The translations under genes were made by a program, and so were the position numbers. The notes beneath the pieces are model-generated. The model saw only the letters and a list, made by a program, of their open reading frames with translations. It made no database searches and was not told the DNA's origin. A DNA stretch of 64,000 nt from Trueperaceae bacterium (GTDB lineage: Bacteria > Deinococcota > Deinococci > Deinococcales > Trueperaceae), in assembly GCA_963668485.1 (NCBI GenBank), contig OY764543.1, positions 493,493-557,492 of the forward strand. The letters run 5' to 3'. The first letter of the stretch is position 1; every line of letters starts with the position of its first letter. Below are positions 1 through 9,969 of the stretch, one piece after another.

Positions 1-754
1 GGCCCAGGACACCCGTTGAAGCGGGTGTACCGACGGAGTAGAAGAATGCCTCGAGATTGCGACCGGCCGGAATCGAGGGATCGATGTGACGCACCGTTCC
101 CGAGGCGGCGTTCCGGGGATTCCGGAATAGGGGAAGCCCGTCCCGTTCACGCCCGGCGTTGATCCGGTCGAACTCCTCGCGACTCAGGTACACCTCACCT
201 CTGACCTCAATGGTGACCGGGGCTCGGAGTCGCGCGGGAAGGCCTCGCACAGCCCGAAGATTCTCAGTGACATCCTCACCAGCAACGCCATTGCCCCGGG
301 TCGCTGCCCACACCAGAACACCGCACCGGTAATACAGGTTCACCGAAAGGCCGTCCACCTTCGGCTCAATCACGTACTCGACCGCGTCGTCGGAGGCAAG
401 AGTGCGGCGAATGCGAGCCTCGAACGCTTCCAGATCCGCCTGATTAAAAGCGTTATCGAGTGATAGCATCGGTGTAGGGTGGGCGACCGTCTCGAAGCTT
501 GCCTGAGGTTGCGCACCCACCACCTGGGTGGGAGACTCGGGGGTCACTAGGTCTGGTCGTTCTGCCTCGAGATCGCGCAGTTCCCGCAGCAATGCGTCGT
601 ATGTTGCATCGCTGATCGCGGGAGCCTGCTCGATGAAGTACCTGCGGTTGGCCTCGCGGACCCGATCACGAAGCTCGGAGATACGCTGGGAGACGGAATC
701 TCTCACACAAATAAAGTATAGCTTTTGGGAGGACGCATCCCCCTTGTCGAGCAT
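1..754 (-). CDS. ligA: NAD-dependent DNA ligase LigA, N-terminal portion; the gene continues beyond the window start and the exact start codon is uncertain (an ATG at 754 or a GTG near 708)
   Basis: Manual translation of the minus strand from 754 downward gives ...RISELRDRVREANRRYFIEQAPAISDATYDALLRELRDLEAERPDLVTPESPTQVVGAQP...IEPKVDGLSVNLYY...ATRGNGVAGEDVTENLRAV...NPRNAASGTVRHIDP. This carries the KxDG adenylation motif and the typical LigA N-terminal architecture. It is absent from the ORF track because no stop codon lies inside the window. Confidence 0.8.
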   Translation of the reverse strand, partial: MLDKGDASSQKLYFICVRDSVSQRISELRDRVREANRRYFIEQAPAISDATYDALLRELRDLEAERPDLVTPESPTQVVGAQPQASFETVAHPTPMLSLDNAFNQADLEAFEARIRRTLASDDAVEYVIEPKVDGLSVNLYYRCGVLVWAATRGNGVAGEDVTENLRAVRGLPARLRAPVTIEVRGEVYLSREEFDRINAGRERDGLPLFRNPRNAASGTVRHIDPSIPAGRNLEAFFYSVGTPASTGVLG

Positions 755-1056
755 TCGAGTCTACAATTGCGGCGAATCCGCCGACCAGTGAGGGGAGAGG
801 ATCCTCGACCCTAAACTGTACGTCCTCATTGATTGTCGTCCCCAATCACCCCAAATGCATCGTCTACTGACAATACCGACCACTTAATCGGTGAATTCGC
901 ATCCAAGGTTCATGTGGATGCAGGGGACGGGCGTAATAGAGATAATCGCGAGAGAGTAAGATCGCGAGAGTGTTTCCCCTTTTGTCATAAGAGTACTAAG
1001 GTGATATATACATTTGGCAGAAATTGAGATCGGAGGTTGGAAAGAGGTAGAGGGAT

Positions 1057-1127
1057 TTGACACCACTGTTATTGACATCTTGGAACTTTCGCACGTAAAA
1101 TCTAGTCCGTTGACCATTCTGGGGAGG
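1057..1127 (+). promoter_or_regulatory. Putative sigma70-type promoter and RBS of glnA in an AT-rich leader: TTGACA at 1072-1077, an 18-nt spacer, TAAAAT at 1096-1101, and GGGGAGGA 6 nt before the ATG
   Basis: Read directly from the sequence. The local GC is far below the window average, and a second TTGACA lies at 1057-1062. Confidence 0.3.
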
Positions 1128-1132
1128 ACACC

Positions 1133-2473
1133 ATGGCAATATCGGCAGCCGAAATCCGTAAGTTACTGAAATCGGAAGATGTTCGGTTCTTGCGACTCCA
1201 ATTCACGGACATTCTGGGACATGATAAGAACGTTGAGGTCCCCATCTCCCAGTTTGAGGCAGCGCTCGATGGCAAGATAGCGTTCGACGGATCCTCCGTC
1301 CAGGGCTTCAGCCGTATCGAAGAGTCCGACATGCTCCTCAAGCCAGACTACAATACCTTCCTCATCCTTCCGAAGAGCATCGAGGACGACCAGTACGGTC
1401 GGGTAGCACGCCTCATTTGCGACATCACTCACCCCGACGATCGCCCCTTTGCGGGTGACCCTAGGGGTGTTCTAAAGAGGCAGGTCGAACGCCTGCGGGC
1501 GCTCGGCTTTGATGAGATGTATGCTGGACCTGAACCTGAGTTCTTCCTGTTTCAGCGTGACGACGACGGGGCACCCACCACTATCACCCAGGACTCTGCA
1601 GGGTACTTCGACCTAGGACCTGTAGACCGTGGTGAGGAAGCTCGGAGAGACATGGTTAATGCCCTCGTAGATATGGGTTTCCATATTGAGGCGGCCCATC
1701 ACGAGGTGGCACCAGGCCAGCACGAGATCGACTTCAAGTATGAGGACGCGCTTACAACTGCCGACAATATCGCCACCTTCCGCCTAGTGGTGAAGAAGAT
1801 TGCCCTCAATCACGGGCTACATGCCACCTTCATGCCGAAACCTGTACTCGGCATAAACGGCTCGGGAATGCACACCAACCTCTCACTCTTTAGAGACGGA
1901 AAGAACGCCTTCTACAACCCTAAGGAAGAGTATCAACTCTCCTCCACCGCTCTTAGTTGGATTGCGGGTCTGCTCGAGCACGCCTTCGGCATGGTCGCCA
2001 TCACCAACCCCCTAGTCAATAGCTACAAGCGACTTACCCCAGGGTACGAGGCCCCCACCAACATCGCCTGGTCCGCTGCGAACCGGAGTGCGTTGATCCG
2101 CATTCCCGCTGGCCGGGGAGTCGGGACCCGCGTCGAGCTGAGGATGCCTGACCCCGCCTGCAACCCCTACCTCGCCCTCGGCGTCATGCTCTCCTCCGGC
2201 CTCGACGGCATCGAACGCAATCTCGTACCGCCCCCGCCAATCCAGCGGAACATCTACGAGATGAGCGTCCGAGACCGGCGTAGGCACAAGATCAAGGAAT
2301 TGCCGGGGACCCTGCTGGACGCACTCGTCGCCCTGAGAAAAGATCGCTCTGTGCAAGAAGCCCTCGGAGAGCACATTACCAGGCACTTCCTCAATGCCAA
2401 ATCTACAGAATTCGATGATTACCGGGTAACTGTACACGACTGGGAGCTTGATCGCTATCTGGCCGAGTACTGA
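1133..2473 (+). CDS. glnA: Glutamine synthetase type I (GlnA), 446 aa
   Basis: Full-length ORF with the N-terminal beta-grasp and catalytic-domain pattern typical of GSI (FTDILG..., ...HHEVAPGQHEIDFKY..., NPYLA...). A strong RBS is present. Confidence 0.9.
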   Translation: MAISAAEIRKLLKSEDVRFLRLQFTDILGHDKNVEVPISQFEAALDGKIAFDGSSVQGFSRIEESDMLLKPDYNTFLILPKSIEDDQYGRVARLICDITHPDDRPFAGDPRGVLKRQVERLRALGFDEMYAGPEPEFFLFQRDDDGAPTTITQDSAGYFDLGPVDRGEEARRDMVNALVDMGFHIEAAHHEVAPGQHEIDFKYEDALTTADNIATFRLVVKKIALNHGLHATFMPKPVLGINGSGMHTNLSLFRDGKNAFYNPKEEYQLSSTALSWIAGLLEHAFGMVAITNPLVNSYKRLTPGYEAPTNIAWSAANRSALIRIPAGRGVGTRVELRMPDPACNPYLALGVMLSSGLDGIERNLVPPPPIQRNIYEMSVRDRRRHKIKELPGTLLDALVALRKDRSVQEALGEHITRHFLNAKSTEFDDYRVTVHDWELDRYLAEY

Positions 2474-2495
2474 GAACGGCTAGAGAAGCGCTACA

Positions 2496-2996
2496 GTGGC
2501 CCGGGCACCGCGCGTTGTCGTGGGATTGGACCCGGGCCTAGCCAATGTCGGCCTTGGAGCTGTACGACAGGTTGGGCAGGAGGCGTTTCTCCTCGGCACC
2601 TCCCTAATTCGTAGCTCAAGCAAAGAACGTACTGGCAAGCGCTTGGAGCGCATCTTCACTGGCACTCATGCCTTCCTTGAAGCCCATCAACCGGAGGCCC
2701 TAGCCCTCGAGGGGCAGTACTTCCATCGGCAGCACGAGCTCTCCTTCAAGGTTGGTCAAGCGGTGGGAGTCTGCCTCCTTGCGGCCCAGCAACTCGAGAT
2801 CGATGTCTTCGAATACGGTCCCATGCAGGTGAAGCAGGCGCTGGTGGGCTCGGGGAGGGCCGACAAAGCTCAGGTAGCCTTTATGGTCAGGGGCTTGCTG
2901 CGGCTCAAAGGAGCACCCGAAAGTCATCATGTCAGCGACGCTCTAGCGCTCGCCTTGACGCACCTGAGCACGCTGCGATTCGAGGGTCAAGGCTAA
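2496..2996 (+). CDS. ruvC: Crossover junction endodeoxyribonuclease RuvC, with no ruvA or ruvB downstream
   Basis: 166 aa. The N-terminus VVVGLDPGLANVGLGAV matches the RuvC RNase-H-fold start, and the protein size fits. Confidence 0.75.
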   Translation: MARAPRVVVGLDPGLANVGLGAVRQVGQEAFLLGTSLIRSSSKERTGKRLERIFTGTHAFLEAHQPEALALEGQYFHRQHELSFKVGQAVGVCLLAAQQLEIDVFEYGPMQVKQALVGSGRADKAQVAFMVRGLLRLKGAPESHHVSDALALALTHLSTLRFEGQG

Positions 2997-3882
2997 TCTC
3001 TGGACTCCAGTCAGCCTCCCGCCTGCAGCGCTAGGTCCTGGAGCACTGCAATCCTCAGCATCTCTCCCCAGTGGCCGGGGAGAACGTGATCCGGTCGAAT
3101 CGGAACCTGCTTCTGACCCTCGCCTCATTGAGCCTGGTCCGCAGCCTGTTCACTTCCCTCTCACTCTCCTTGAGTCGAGTACAGATCAGGAGGGTCTTGG
3201 CCCACAGTCGTAGCCCTCCTCGCGAAATCACAGTCCTCCCCGAACGCGTGGACCTCGAGGAACTCTCGAACAGCCTCACAACAAAAGAAGGTCTCACCCA
3301 ACTCGCGCCAAACGTTCTTACTAGCTGAAGTCCCCTGGGGCTGCGATTGGCAGGATCGGAATGGTGTTCAGCTTATACATTGATGGACGGACTGTTGGAA
3401 AGCTGGGGCGGCGAAACATGCGGATGTGATCCTGCTGAGCGAGGGCCTGGAAGAGGAGTTGGTGGGTTTACATCGGTATAGACGTGTTGGCAGCCAGAGC
3501 GATCAAACCTGGGGAGTGATGAGGTGTGATCGGAGACCCCCTCTCGGGCTCGGAAGCGGACCCATGTCGAGCTTCAGCACCCTGACTGACCCTTGGCGCA
3601 GGTAAGACGTTCTTGTCACTCAGGGCGCGAGTAGATGTGGTGTTCAACCTGCTCCACTCAGGGATCCTATTCGGCCGGCAAATGGTGTGATTCTTGAATG
3701 TGCGGACACCGGCCACTCCCTACTCAATCACATCGCAGACCGGGCTTTCGATCAGATGTCCTAGGTCGAAGAGGTCAGGGTTGCCTAGCGACTTCCCCAA
3801 ATCCTGCAGATGCAATGTCACACCCGAATCGGTGATTGGGTACCGTGGCCTCCGTATGCGAAGATGGTCGCCGGAGGTCATG

Positions 3883-4497
3883 ATGGGCAATGGTGGAGGA
3901 CGCTTCAGGCGCGCACTCGCCGCATTTGATCGAGCCAACGCGGAGGACCCCAACACCGCGTGTGTGGAAGGCGTAGAGCAGCCCAAGGAGTTGGTCTACG
4001 CCCGCCGGATGACCGCTTGGCTGCACAGATTCGACCCACAGGCCTCCGAGCCTCTTCAACTGGCCGCCCGAAGCCAGCACATTCGCCGGTGGACCGTCCC
4101 CCGCAGCGACTATCCCCCCGGTCGGTCCGGCTACAGACGCTGGCGTACCGACCTAGCGCAGTTCCACGCGAAGACGGCTGGAGTTATCCTTAAGGAGGAG
4201 GGCTACGACACGGACACCATCAATCGAGTCCAGAAGCTGCTTCGAAAGGAGGGCTTAAAGAGGGACCCAGAGGTCCAGACCCTCGAGGATGTCGTGTGCC
4301 TGGTCTTCCTGGAGAGCTACTTCACCGACTTCGCCAGCAGGCAGGAACAGGACAAGCTGGTAGGGATCATCCGAAAAACCCTAAGGAAGATGTCACCCCG
4401 AGGTCGGGAGCAGGCACTCTCGCTGCCCCTCGAGCCTGAGGCCCAGGCCATTGTCAAGCGTGCCGTAGCGAAGGATACGGATCTGCCGAGCCCATAA
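3883..4497 (+). CDS. DUF4202 family protein. The start is probably the ATG at 3883, which has GGAGG 5 nt upstream; 3856 is an alternative, and the ORF-track start at 3694 is likely spurious.
   Basis: The conserved DUF4202 pattern (FRRALAAFDRANAEDPN...AARMTAWLHRFDP...LQLAARSQHIRRW) begins at about residue 60 of the tracked ORF. Confidence 0.5.
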   Translation: MGNGGGRFRRALAAFDRANAEDPNTACVEGVEQPKELVYARRMTAWLHRFDPQASEPLQLAARSQHIRRWTVPRSDYPPGRSGYRRWRTDLAQFHAKTAGVILKEEGYDTDTINRVQKLLRKEGLKRDPEVQTLEDVVCLVFLESYFTDFASRQEQDKLVGIIRKTLRKMSPRGREQALSLPLEPEAQAIVKRAVAKDTDLPSP

Positions 4498-4596
4498 GCT
4501 TGATGCCTAGCGTGTTGTGAAATCCCTAGACGATGGCACAGGTCGAGGTGCACGGGCTAGCCGAAAGGCTTCGCCCGATCCAGCGAATCCGTCCTT

Positions 4597-4760
4597 GGGC
4601 TTCCACGACCAGCGGGTCCAACAGTTGACCAGCACCAGCCTACAGGCCGATGAACGCTGGGGCTTCGCTGGCAGTAAGCGAGAGCAGTTCTGGCAGGCGG
4701 GAGTGATCGATCCGGCAACCAGGCTGGTGGTGGCGTTCGCCATTGGGATGAGGGATGAAC
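4597..4760 (+). pseudogene. IS1-family (InsB-like) transposase internal fragment, flanked by two direct copies of an 18-bp IS-terminus-like motif at 4575-4596 and 4770-4791
   Basis: The translation ...DERWGFAGSKREQFWQAGVIDPATRLVVAFAIGMRDEQ follows the DExWxFVGxKxxxxWxWxAxDxxTRxVxAxxxGxR pattern of IS1 InsB. It is only about 55 aa and has no start or stop context. Confidence 0.35.
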
Positions 4761-4766
4761 AACTGA

Positions 4767-4914
4767 TCGGATCCAGCGAATCCGTCCTTGAGTCTATGAG
4801 AAACGTTCCCCAGCGATGGCTGCGGGGCTTACCGATCGGATTTGGAGTATTCGGGAACTGCTTCGGTCACCTACGTATCCGAGTGGGGGGCAGAGATAAT
4901 CTCACGTTACGACC
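4767..4914 (+). repeat. Truncated copy (right-end ~150 bp) of the MITE-like element family, carrying a 43-bp internal insertion
   Basis: It ends in ...GGGGGGCAGAGATAATCTCACGTTACGACC, identical to the terminus of the copy at 27326-27355. The upstream module GATCGGATTTGGAGTATTCGGGAA matches the 27251-27275 module. Confidence 0.5.
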
Positions 4915-5084
4915 TAGAGCCGCACGGTGGAGATAAAGAAGCAGCTGATCAGACTACTGCACAATCGAATCAGGGGACTCGTCGGAACCGATTTAGAGGA
5001 CTTCAAGTCCCACAGTGAGGTTCTCGATGTCAGCGTTGAAGCTCGCTGCCAGCCATAGCCCTTCAGGAAGAATAAGGGTCTTGC

Positions 5085-5778
5085 CTAGCTGATCGGGTTT
5101 TGTCGGACCCGAAGAGTCCGACCTTGGTAACGTAGCAGGGTTTTGTACTTGTCGGCATGGCGATGGTTGTACCGCCATTCGGTTTCCTTGAGGTGCAGGT
5201 GGAAGGTGTGTCTGGGTAAGCCCTTGAACTTTGCCAGCCGGACCTTTGCCAGCCCCCAGAAGCCTTCGATGCCGCTCCCGTGGACAGCCCCAAGGACGGA
5301 CTCTTCGGGTTTGGCGAACTTGTCGTTGGAATGATCGATGCGGAAGTGACCATGGCCGAGATCGACCAGCCCGTTGTAGCCGCGCCAGCCATCGGAGTTG
5401 ATGACGGCACTGGGGTCCACTCGGCCGCGGATGATGCCCTGCAGGGTCGGCCTTGAGCAGTCCGGGACAATCTCCGTGTAGACTTGGCCTCGACGCTCGA
5501 AGAGTCCGTCCTTAGACGACGGTCTTGCCGTAGGCGCCGCGCCCGCGCCGGCCCTTGACCCGACGCGCCCCGAAGAAGCTTTCATCGACCTCGACGACAC
5601 CGAACAGAGGGCGTCGCGCTTCGCACTCAAGCAGAATGCATTCCCGCAAGCCACGGTAGAACCGATTCACGGTGTTGCGGTTTAGACCGCTCAGCGTCGC
5701 TGCCTGGAGGGCCGAAGGACGGATTCTACGGATCAGATCGGCGGCGAAGTAACGAACCAACTCGCGGACCTTGCCCAA
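5085..5778 (-). pseudogene. IS1595 (ISXO2-like) transposase, split into two overlapping ORFs (5512-5778 and 5085-5654) by a net +4-nt indel that introduces a stop
   Basis: ORF1 ends ...EVDESFFGARRVKGRRGRGAYGKTVV*. ORF2 continues in another frame with ...DGLFERRGQVYTEIVPD...INSDGWRGYNGL...GHGHFRIDHSNDKF. Together they make the contiguous IS1595 DDE domain. Confidence 0.7.
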
Positions 5779-5794
5779 GGACGGATTCGAAGGG
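5108..5794 (-). mobile_element. IS1595-family insertion sequence (~690 bp) with imperfect terminal inverted repeats (core TCCGxCCTTGG) at 5110-5127 and 5775-5792
   Basis: The inverted motifs CGAAGAGTCCGACCTTGG and CCAAGGACGGATTCGAAG bound an ISXO2/IS1595-like transposase reading frame. Confidence 0.65.
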
Positions 5795-6747
5795 CGGATC
5801 CGAAATCTTCGAACGCCTCGCGTACTTGTTTTTCATTACCAAGCCTAGCCTTATCACACATCACAAGACCCTCAGCTAGGCAAGACCCAAGAATAATCCA
5901 TGTGTACCGCATGCCACCCACTTCGAGCTCCGCACCGGACCGCACCAAGGACCTGAGGGGCGGAGGTTTGCCTGTAAAGACAATCCCAAGGACATCACTA
6001 ATCGCCCCACTTCCTCACCGACGCAGAGCGTCTCGAGGCACTCCTAGCCCGACCCCTCCGAATTCGCCAGCGAATTCGTCGTTGCCGTTACGGCCAGCTA
6101 TCTTACTGAGATCGAGTGGTCGCTGGGCGCGGCCACAGCACCCTCATTCCTTCTCTGTAATCTTTCGAGGAGGGCCTGACCGTGTTACAGGCCCGTTCCT
6201 CTCCGTCTTGCGGGAGAACCTCACCGACCCCATTCTCACCGGTCGAGAGGGGCCTAGATCTTCCAAGATCTACTGAGAACTGCTCAGACCGAGCATTCTA
6301 TGAGGGGAGCACCTCGCGACAGCCCACTGGCTCGACTTCAAATTCCTCGACCCGAAGGTCCCCAGCCTGCGACAGCAGGCTTGTGACGAGGTCACAGAGG
6401 CGAAGAACGCGGGTGATGGGATGATTCACTACAAGTACATCCCCCGCGCCGGGGAGTGGGGGACCACCAATGCGGAATACGCCTATCTGACACCGATGGG
6501 GAATATCAATCAAGTGATCACAGAACGGCACTTGGGCCAAGGAACAGTGGAGTTCCATTGCGCTCGCTGGGAAGATATGCCAACCCAATACAACATCGCG
6601 AGCGCCCTCTGCGACTTCAGAATCAGAGAGTGCGGGGCGCAAGTGTAGTCCGATCGGTCGGCGGAAAGGACTGCAGTAGCCAGCGAACCCTCCAGTAAAT
6701 CCCGGTGATCCAGCACAACTCGCGAGATGCTAACCGCCAAAATAATG

Positions 6748-6824
6748 TGGTAGCGATGGACGGGCTCGAACCGTCGACCTCACGATTATGAGTCGTGCGC
6801 TCTAACCAGCTGAGCTACATCGCC
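6748..6824 (-). tRNA. tRNA-Met (anticodon CAT; could alternatively be a lysidine-modified tRNA-Ile2), 77 nt including CCA
   Basis: The reverse complement, GGCGATGTAGCTCAGCTGGTTAGAGCGCACGACTCATAATCGTGAGGTCGACGGTTCGAGCCCGTCCATCGCTACCA, folds as a cloverleaf. Acceptor stem is 7 bp, D-arm GCTC/GAGC, anticodon stem CACGA/TCGTG with loop CTCATAA, T-arm GACGG-TTCGAGC-CCGTC. Confidence 0.85.
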
Positions 6825-7400
6825 GCAAACGCGCTCCGTAGTGTACCCAATCGCCCATGCGCTGACAAGCCGATAGTGACGGCCTGAATATGATATTGGA
6901 CCCGGAAGATCATTCAGTCAACACGATCTCTCCCTCAACCTCTACAGTGAGACCGAGACTCTCGATCTATTGAATCGGGCCCTCAGAGCATGCCGTAGGG
7001 AGATACCGGCTATGGCCCGGCTCGCTTCGGGTCGGGAGATCGGACCCGGCGGCTCCTCATGAGAGCTAATCAGACTCAGCTATCGCCACGATCGCTCAGG
7101 GGTGGGCGAGTCAGGAGTAGAGTTGAGGGAACCACGGGGCTTCAGGCCAAGCTCACCGAGCAGGGCACGACCGCAAGCGCGCCGCTCGGATGGTGGCTTG
7201 GTCGGGGTGAGTCGGCACAAGGGACCACGCACCGCGACGTGTAGGCTTGTCCGGCGCCCGACCTAGTCGAGTGTCGCTTCGTAACCGCTGCCCCTCTGGT
7301 TCGTGACCCACCCGCCAATCACGGTGGGCTCAGGTAGCTGACTGTCGTTGTTCAACCTGTTCAGCTGCCTGGGCCGGCCGGACAACTAACCACCGAGCTG

Positions 7401-7630
7401 ATGCTCGATGTGCTGGCACTGGCGGTAGAGCGGCGACATCTGAACTCGATCAGCCGTCACCCCGGCCAGGAATGTCGTACACTTTGTGGCCTTCGGCGAA
7501 GATCGGAGACGACAGGGATACGTCCCTCGCTGGGCTCAGTCGGGGCTGCTACGATAAAGCCATGGCCGAGAGCTTCTTCACGACGCTGGAGTGCGAACTC
7601 CTCAACCTATTCAGAATTATCGCCAGGTCT
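7401..7630 (+). pseudogene. IS3-family transposase (rve integrase core, C-terminal end) fragment
   Basis: ...SRGCYDKAMAESFFTTLECELL matches the conserved IS3 OrfB C-terminal motif (G-NC-DNA-AESFF-TLK-E). Upstream frames are broken. Confidence 0.4.
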
Positions 7631-7722
7631 ACCGGGCACCATTCAACTTCGCGGGAATGTGCGGTCGGCATCGAGGTGGTTAATGGGGACGGGTGGCGCG
7701 GTGGCCAGTGTACCTGTGAACC

Positions 7723-9201
7723 CTAGGGGATAAGCGCCAGAAAGCGCGCATAGGCCTCGCGCCAAGCAGGTGAGGTGCGAGGCTTGAAGTGCTCTTGAGC
7801 GAACGAGGCAGCCACAGCGGAGCGGCCTGCCGCTAGGTCGGGCAGGCGGCCGGCAGCAATCAGTTGTACGACGATATTACCTAGGGCTGTAGCCTCCACT
7901 GGACCCGCAATGACGGGGCACTCGCAGGCGTCAGCAGTGAACTGGTTGAGGAGTCGGTTCTGGCTGCCACCGCCGACGACTCGGATAGCCAAGAGGGTGT
8001 GGCCGGTGAGTTCCTCGAGAGCATCGAGCACCCAGCGATAGCGGAGGGCGAGACTCTCGAGACAGCAGCGCACAACCGCCCCGACGCCGTCGGGCTCAGG
8101 CTGGCCGGTCCGACGACAGTAGGCACGGATGGCACCGAGCATGTCCCCCATGCCAATGAAATCCTGTGCGTCGGGATCAATCAGACTGCGGAAGGGTTCA
8201 GCTCGCCCAGCCAATTCCAACAGTTCGTTCCAGCCGTAGTCGCAACCTTCGCGCTGCCACTGGCGGCGGCTCTCCTGCAACAGCCACAGACCGGCGACAT
8301 TCTTGAGCAGACGGATAGTCCCTCCCACACCCCCCTCGTTGGTGAAGTTCAGCTCGAGAGCGCGTTCGGTCACAATCGGTTCCGGGATCTCGGCACCCAT
8401 TAGACTCCAAGTACCGCTGCTCAAGTAGGCGCTCTCATGGTCGAGATCTGGTACAGCCGCCACGGCGCTGGCGGTGTCGTGACCACCGACGGCGAATACG
8501 GGAACCGGGCAGGCAAGGCCCAGTTCAGTAGCGACATCGGGCAGAACTTCGCCGAGCATCTGAGCCGGCTCGATCAACTCCGGTAGAATCCGGGTAGGGA
8601 TGCCGAGGTTCCACACCAGTTCGGCCGACCACTGTCTAGTGTTTGCATTGAGGAGCTGCGTGGTCGAGGCGGCCGTATACTCGGAGACGCGGCGGCCAGT
8701 GAGCCAGTAGTTGAACAGATCCGGGATCATCAGTAGGCTGTCAGCTTGGTCTAGCTGGGGATCGTCGTTCGCCACCATACTGTAGAGCTGGACGAGGGTA
8801 TTGAGTTGCATGAACTGGATACCGGTGATGGCGTAGATGCGCTCACGGGAGATCCGGTTGCAGGCGCGCTCGATCATGCCGTCGGTGCGGGAGTCGCGGT
8901 AGTGGATGGGGTTGCCCATGAGCGCTCCGGCCTTGTCAAGTAGGGCGTAGTCGACGCCCCAAGTGTCGACCCCGATGCCGTCGGGTGGACCATCCGCGTG
9001 GCGAACATAGGCCCGGAGACCCCGGCTCATCTCCTCCCAAAGGCGTAAAACATCCCAGTAGACGTGTCCAAGGATGGTGACAGGATCGTTGGCAAAGCGG
9101 TGGAGTTCCCTGAGACCGAGGTGCTCTCCGTCGAAGCTGCCGAGCACCACCCGTCCGCTGGAGGCTCCAAGATCCACGGCCAGTACATTCGTCTGCGTCA
9201 T
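7723..9201 (-). CDS. rhaB: Rhamnulokinase (FGGY carbohydrate kinase)
   Basis: 492 aa. The N-terminus [16 protein letters not shown]...GHVYWDV resembles RhaB. It sits in a cluster with rhamnose-pathway genes, and its stop overlaps the next gene. Confidence 0.8.
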   Translation of the reverse strand: MTQTNVLAVDLGASSGRVVLGSFDGEHLGLRELHRFANDPVTILGHVYWDVLRLWEEMSRGLRAYVRHADGPPDGIGVDTWGVDYALLDKAGALMGNPIHYRDSRTDGMIERACNRISRERIYAITGIQFMQLNTLVQLYSMVANDDPQLDQADSLLMIPDLFNYWLTGRRVSEYTAASTTQLLNANTRQWSAELVWNLGIPTRILPELIEPAQMLGEVLPDVATELGLACPVPVFAVGGHDTASAVAAVPDLDHESAYLSSGTWSLMGAEIPEPIVTERALELNFTNEGGVGGTIRLLKNVAGLWLLQESRRQWQREGCDYGWNELLELAGRAEPFRSLIDPDAQDFIGMGDMLGAIRAYCRRTGQPEPDGVGAVVRCCLESLALRYRWVLDALEELTGHTLLAIRVVGGGSQNRLLNQFTADACECPVIAGPVEATALGNIVVQLIAAGRLPDLAAGRSAVAASFAQEHFKPRTSPAWREAYARFLALIP

Positions 9202-9969
9202 TTGTCCTCCCCCCTAAGAAGCTCGCGACGGCGCACCACCTCGTCGAGCCGGCGATCGACGTGCTCAGCCTCACCGGGAGGCAGGTACCTCGGGCCGCCG
9301 AGCGCGTAGGTCCCCCACAGGATACGTGCCCACTTGTCAACCATGAGCATCACGTTGAGCACCTCCTGTGGAGTCGCGCCGAGCGCTACAGGCCCGTGGT
9401 TGACCATGAGCAACAGCTTGGGGGGCCAACCGTGCTCACCCCGGTAGCGGCGCAGTTCGGCCTGTACCGAGGTGGCCAGAGCGAAGCCGGGAGCGACGTA
9501 GGGCACGACCGCCGGACGGGTGCCACAGACCACCACCGCATCAGGGAAGACATGCTCAAGGAACGGCTCGGCACCGAGGCGGCTGCACAGGATCCGGTTG
9601 ACCGACACCGCGTGAGTGTGCCCCACCCAACTTGCTCCCCCCTCAGAGAGGCAGAGCGCGTGAAGGAAGGTCTCAACCGAGGGCTTCTTGTATCCGAGAT
9701 CGACCCGGGGGCCGAGCAACGTCTCCTCAAATGACCTCCTGGCTCGGCCCCTCACCCTTGAGAAGCTCAAGGATGGCAGCTGTGCGGACGCGTGAGAGGT
9801 TACCGGGGGTGAGGGTCTCCAGATTGGTGCCGGACGCCTTAATCCAGAAGGTGCCGTCGCCGTTGTCGGCGCTGGTGTTACCCTCACCGAGGATAGAGAG
9901 CTGGCGCTCCTCGCGACCGAGTTCGTGTGAGAGATCGAGCAGCCGGTCGCGGACTCGGTCGGGAATCAC
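9198..9969 (-). pseudogene. Class II aldolase/adducin-family gene (rhamnulose-/fuculose-1-P aldolase-like), apparently interrupted by a frameshift near 9727-9760
   Basis: An N-terminal 80-aa ORF (9727-9969: ...[27 protein letters not shown]...) and a C-terminal ORF in another frame (9198-9887: ...[13 protein letters not shown]...[17 protein letters not shown]...[10 protein letters not shown]...) together make one class II aldolase. Confidence 0.5.

Noticed and set aside
528-1117. Tracked ORFs 528-791(+), 833-1027(+), 884-1117(-)
   Set aside because: 528-791 is antisense to the ligA coding sequence. The other two lie in the AT-rich glnA leader and have low-complexity translations. All are judged spurious.
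2474-2540. GGCCCGGG...CCCGGGCC inverted repeat after the glnA stop, as a possible terminator
   Set aside because: It lies inside the ruvC coding start (MARAPRVVVGLDPGLA) and has a 25-nt loop without a U-tract.
3000-3690. Expected ruvA/ruvB downstream of ruvC, or another gene in this 700-bp gap; minus-strand ORF 3055-3297 with a coiled-coil-like NRLRTRLNEARVRSRF stretch and a plus-frame VYIGIDVLAARAIK segment reminiscent of IS110 N-termini
   Set aside because: No frame is sustained beyond ~80 codons and there is no recognisable family match. It is treated as noncoding or degraded sequence. The similarities are too short to call.
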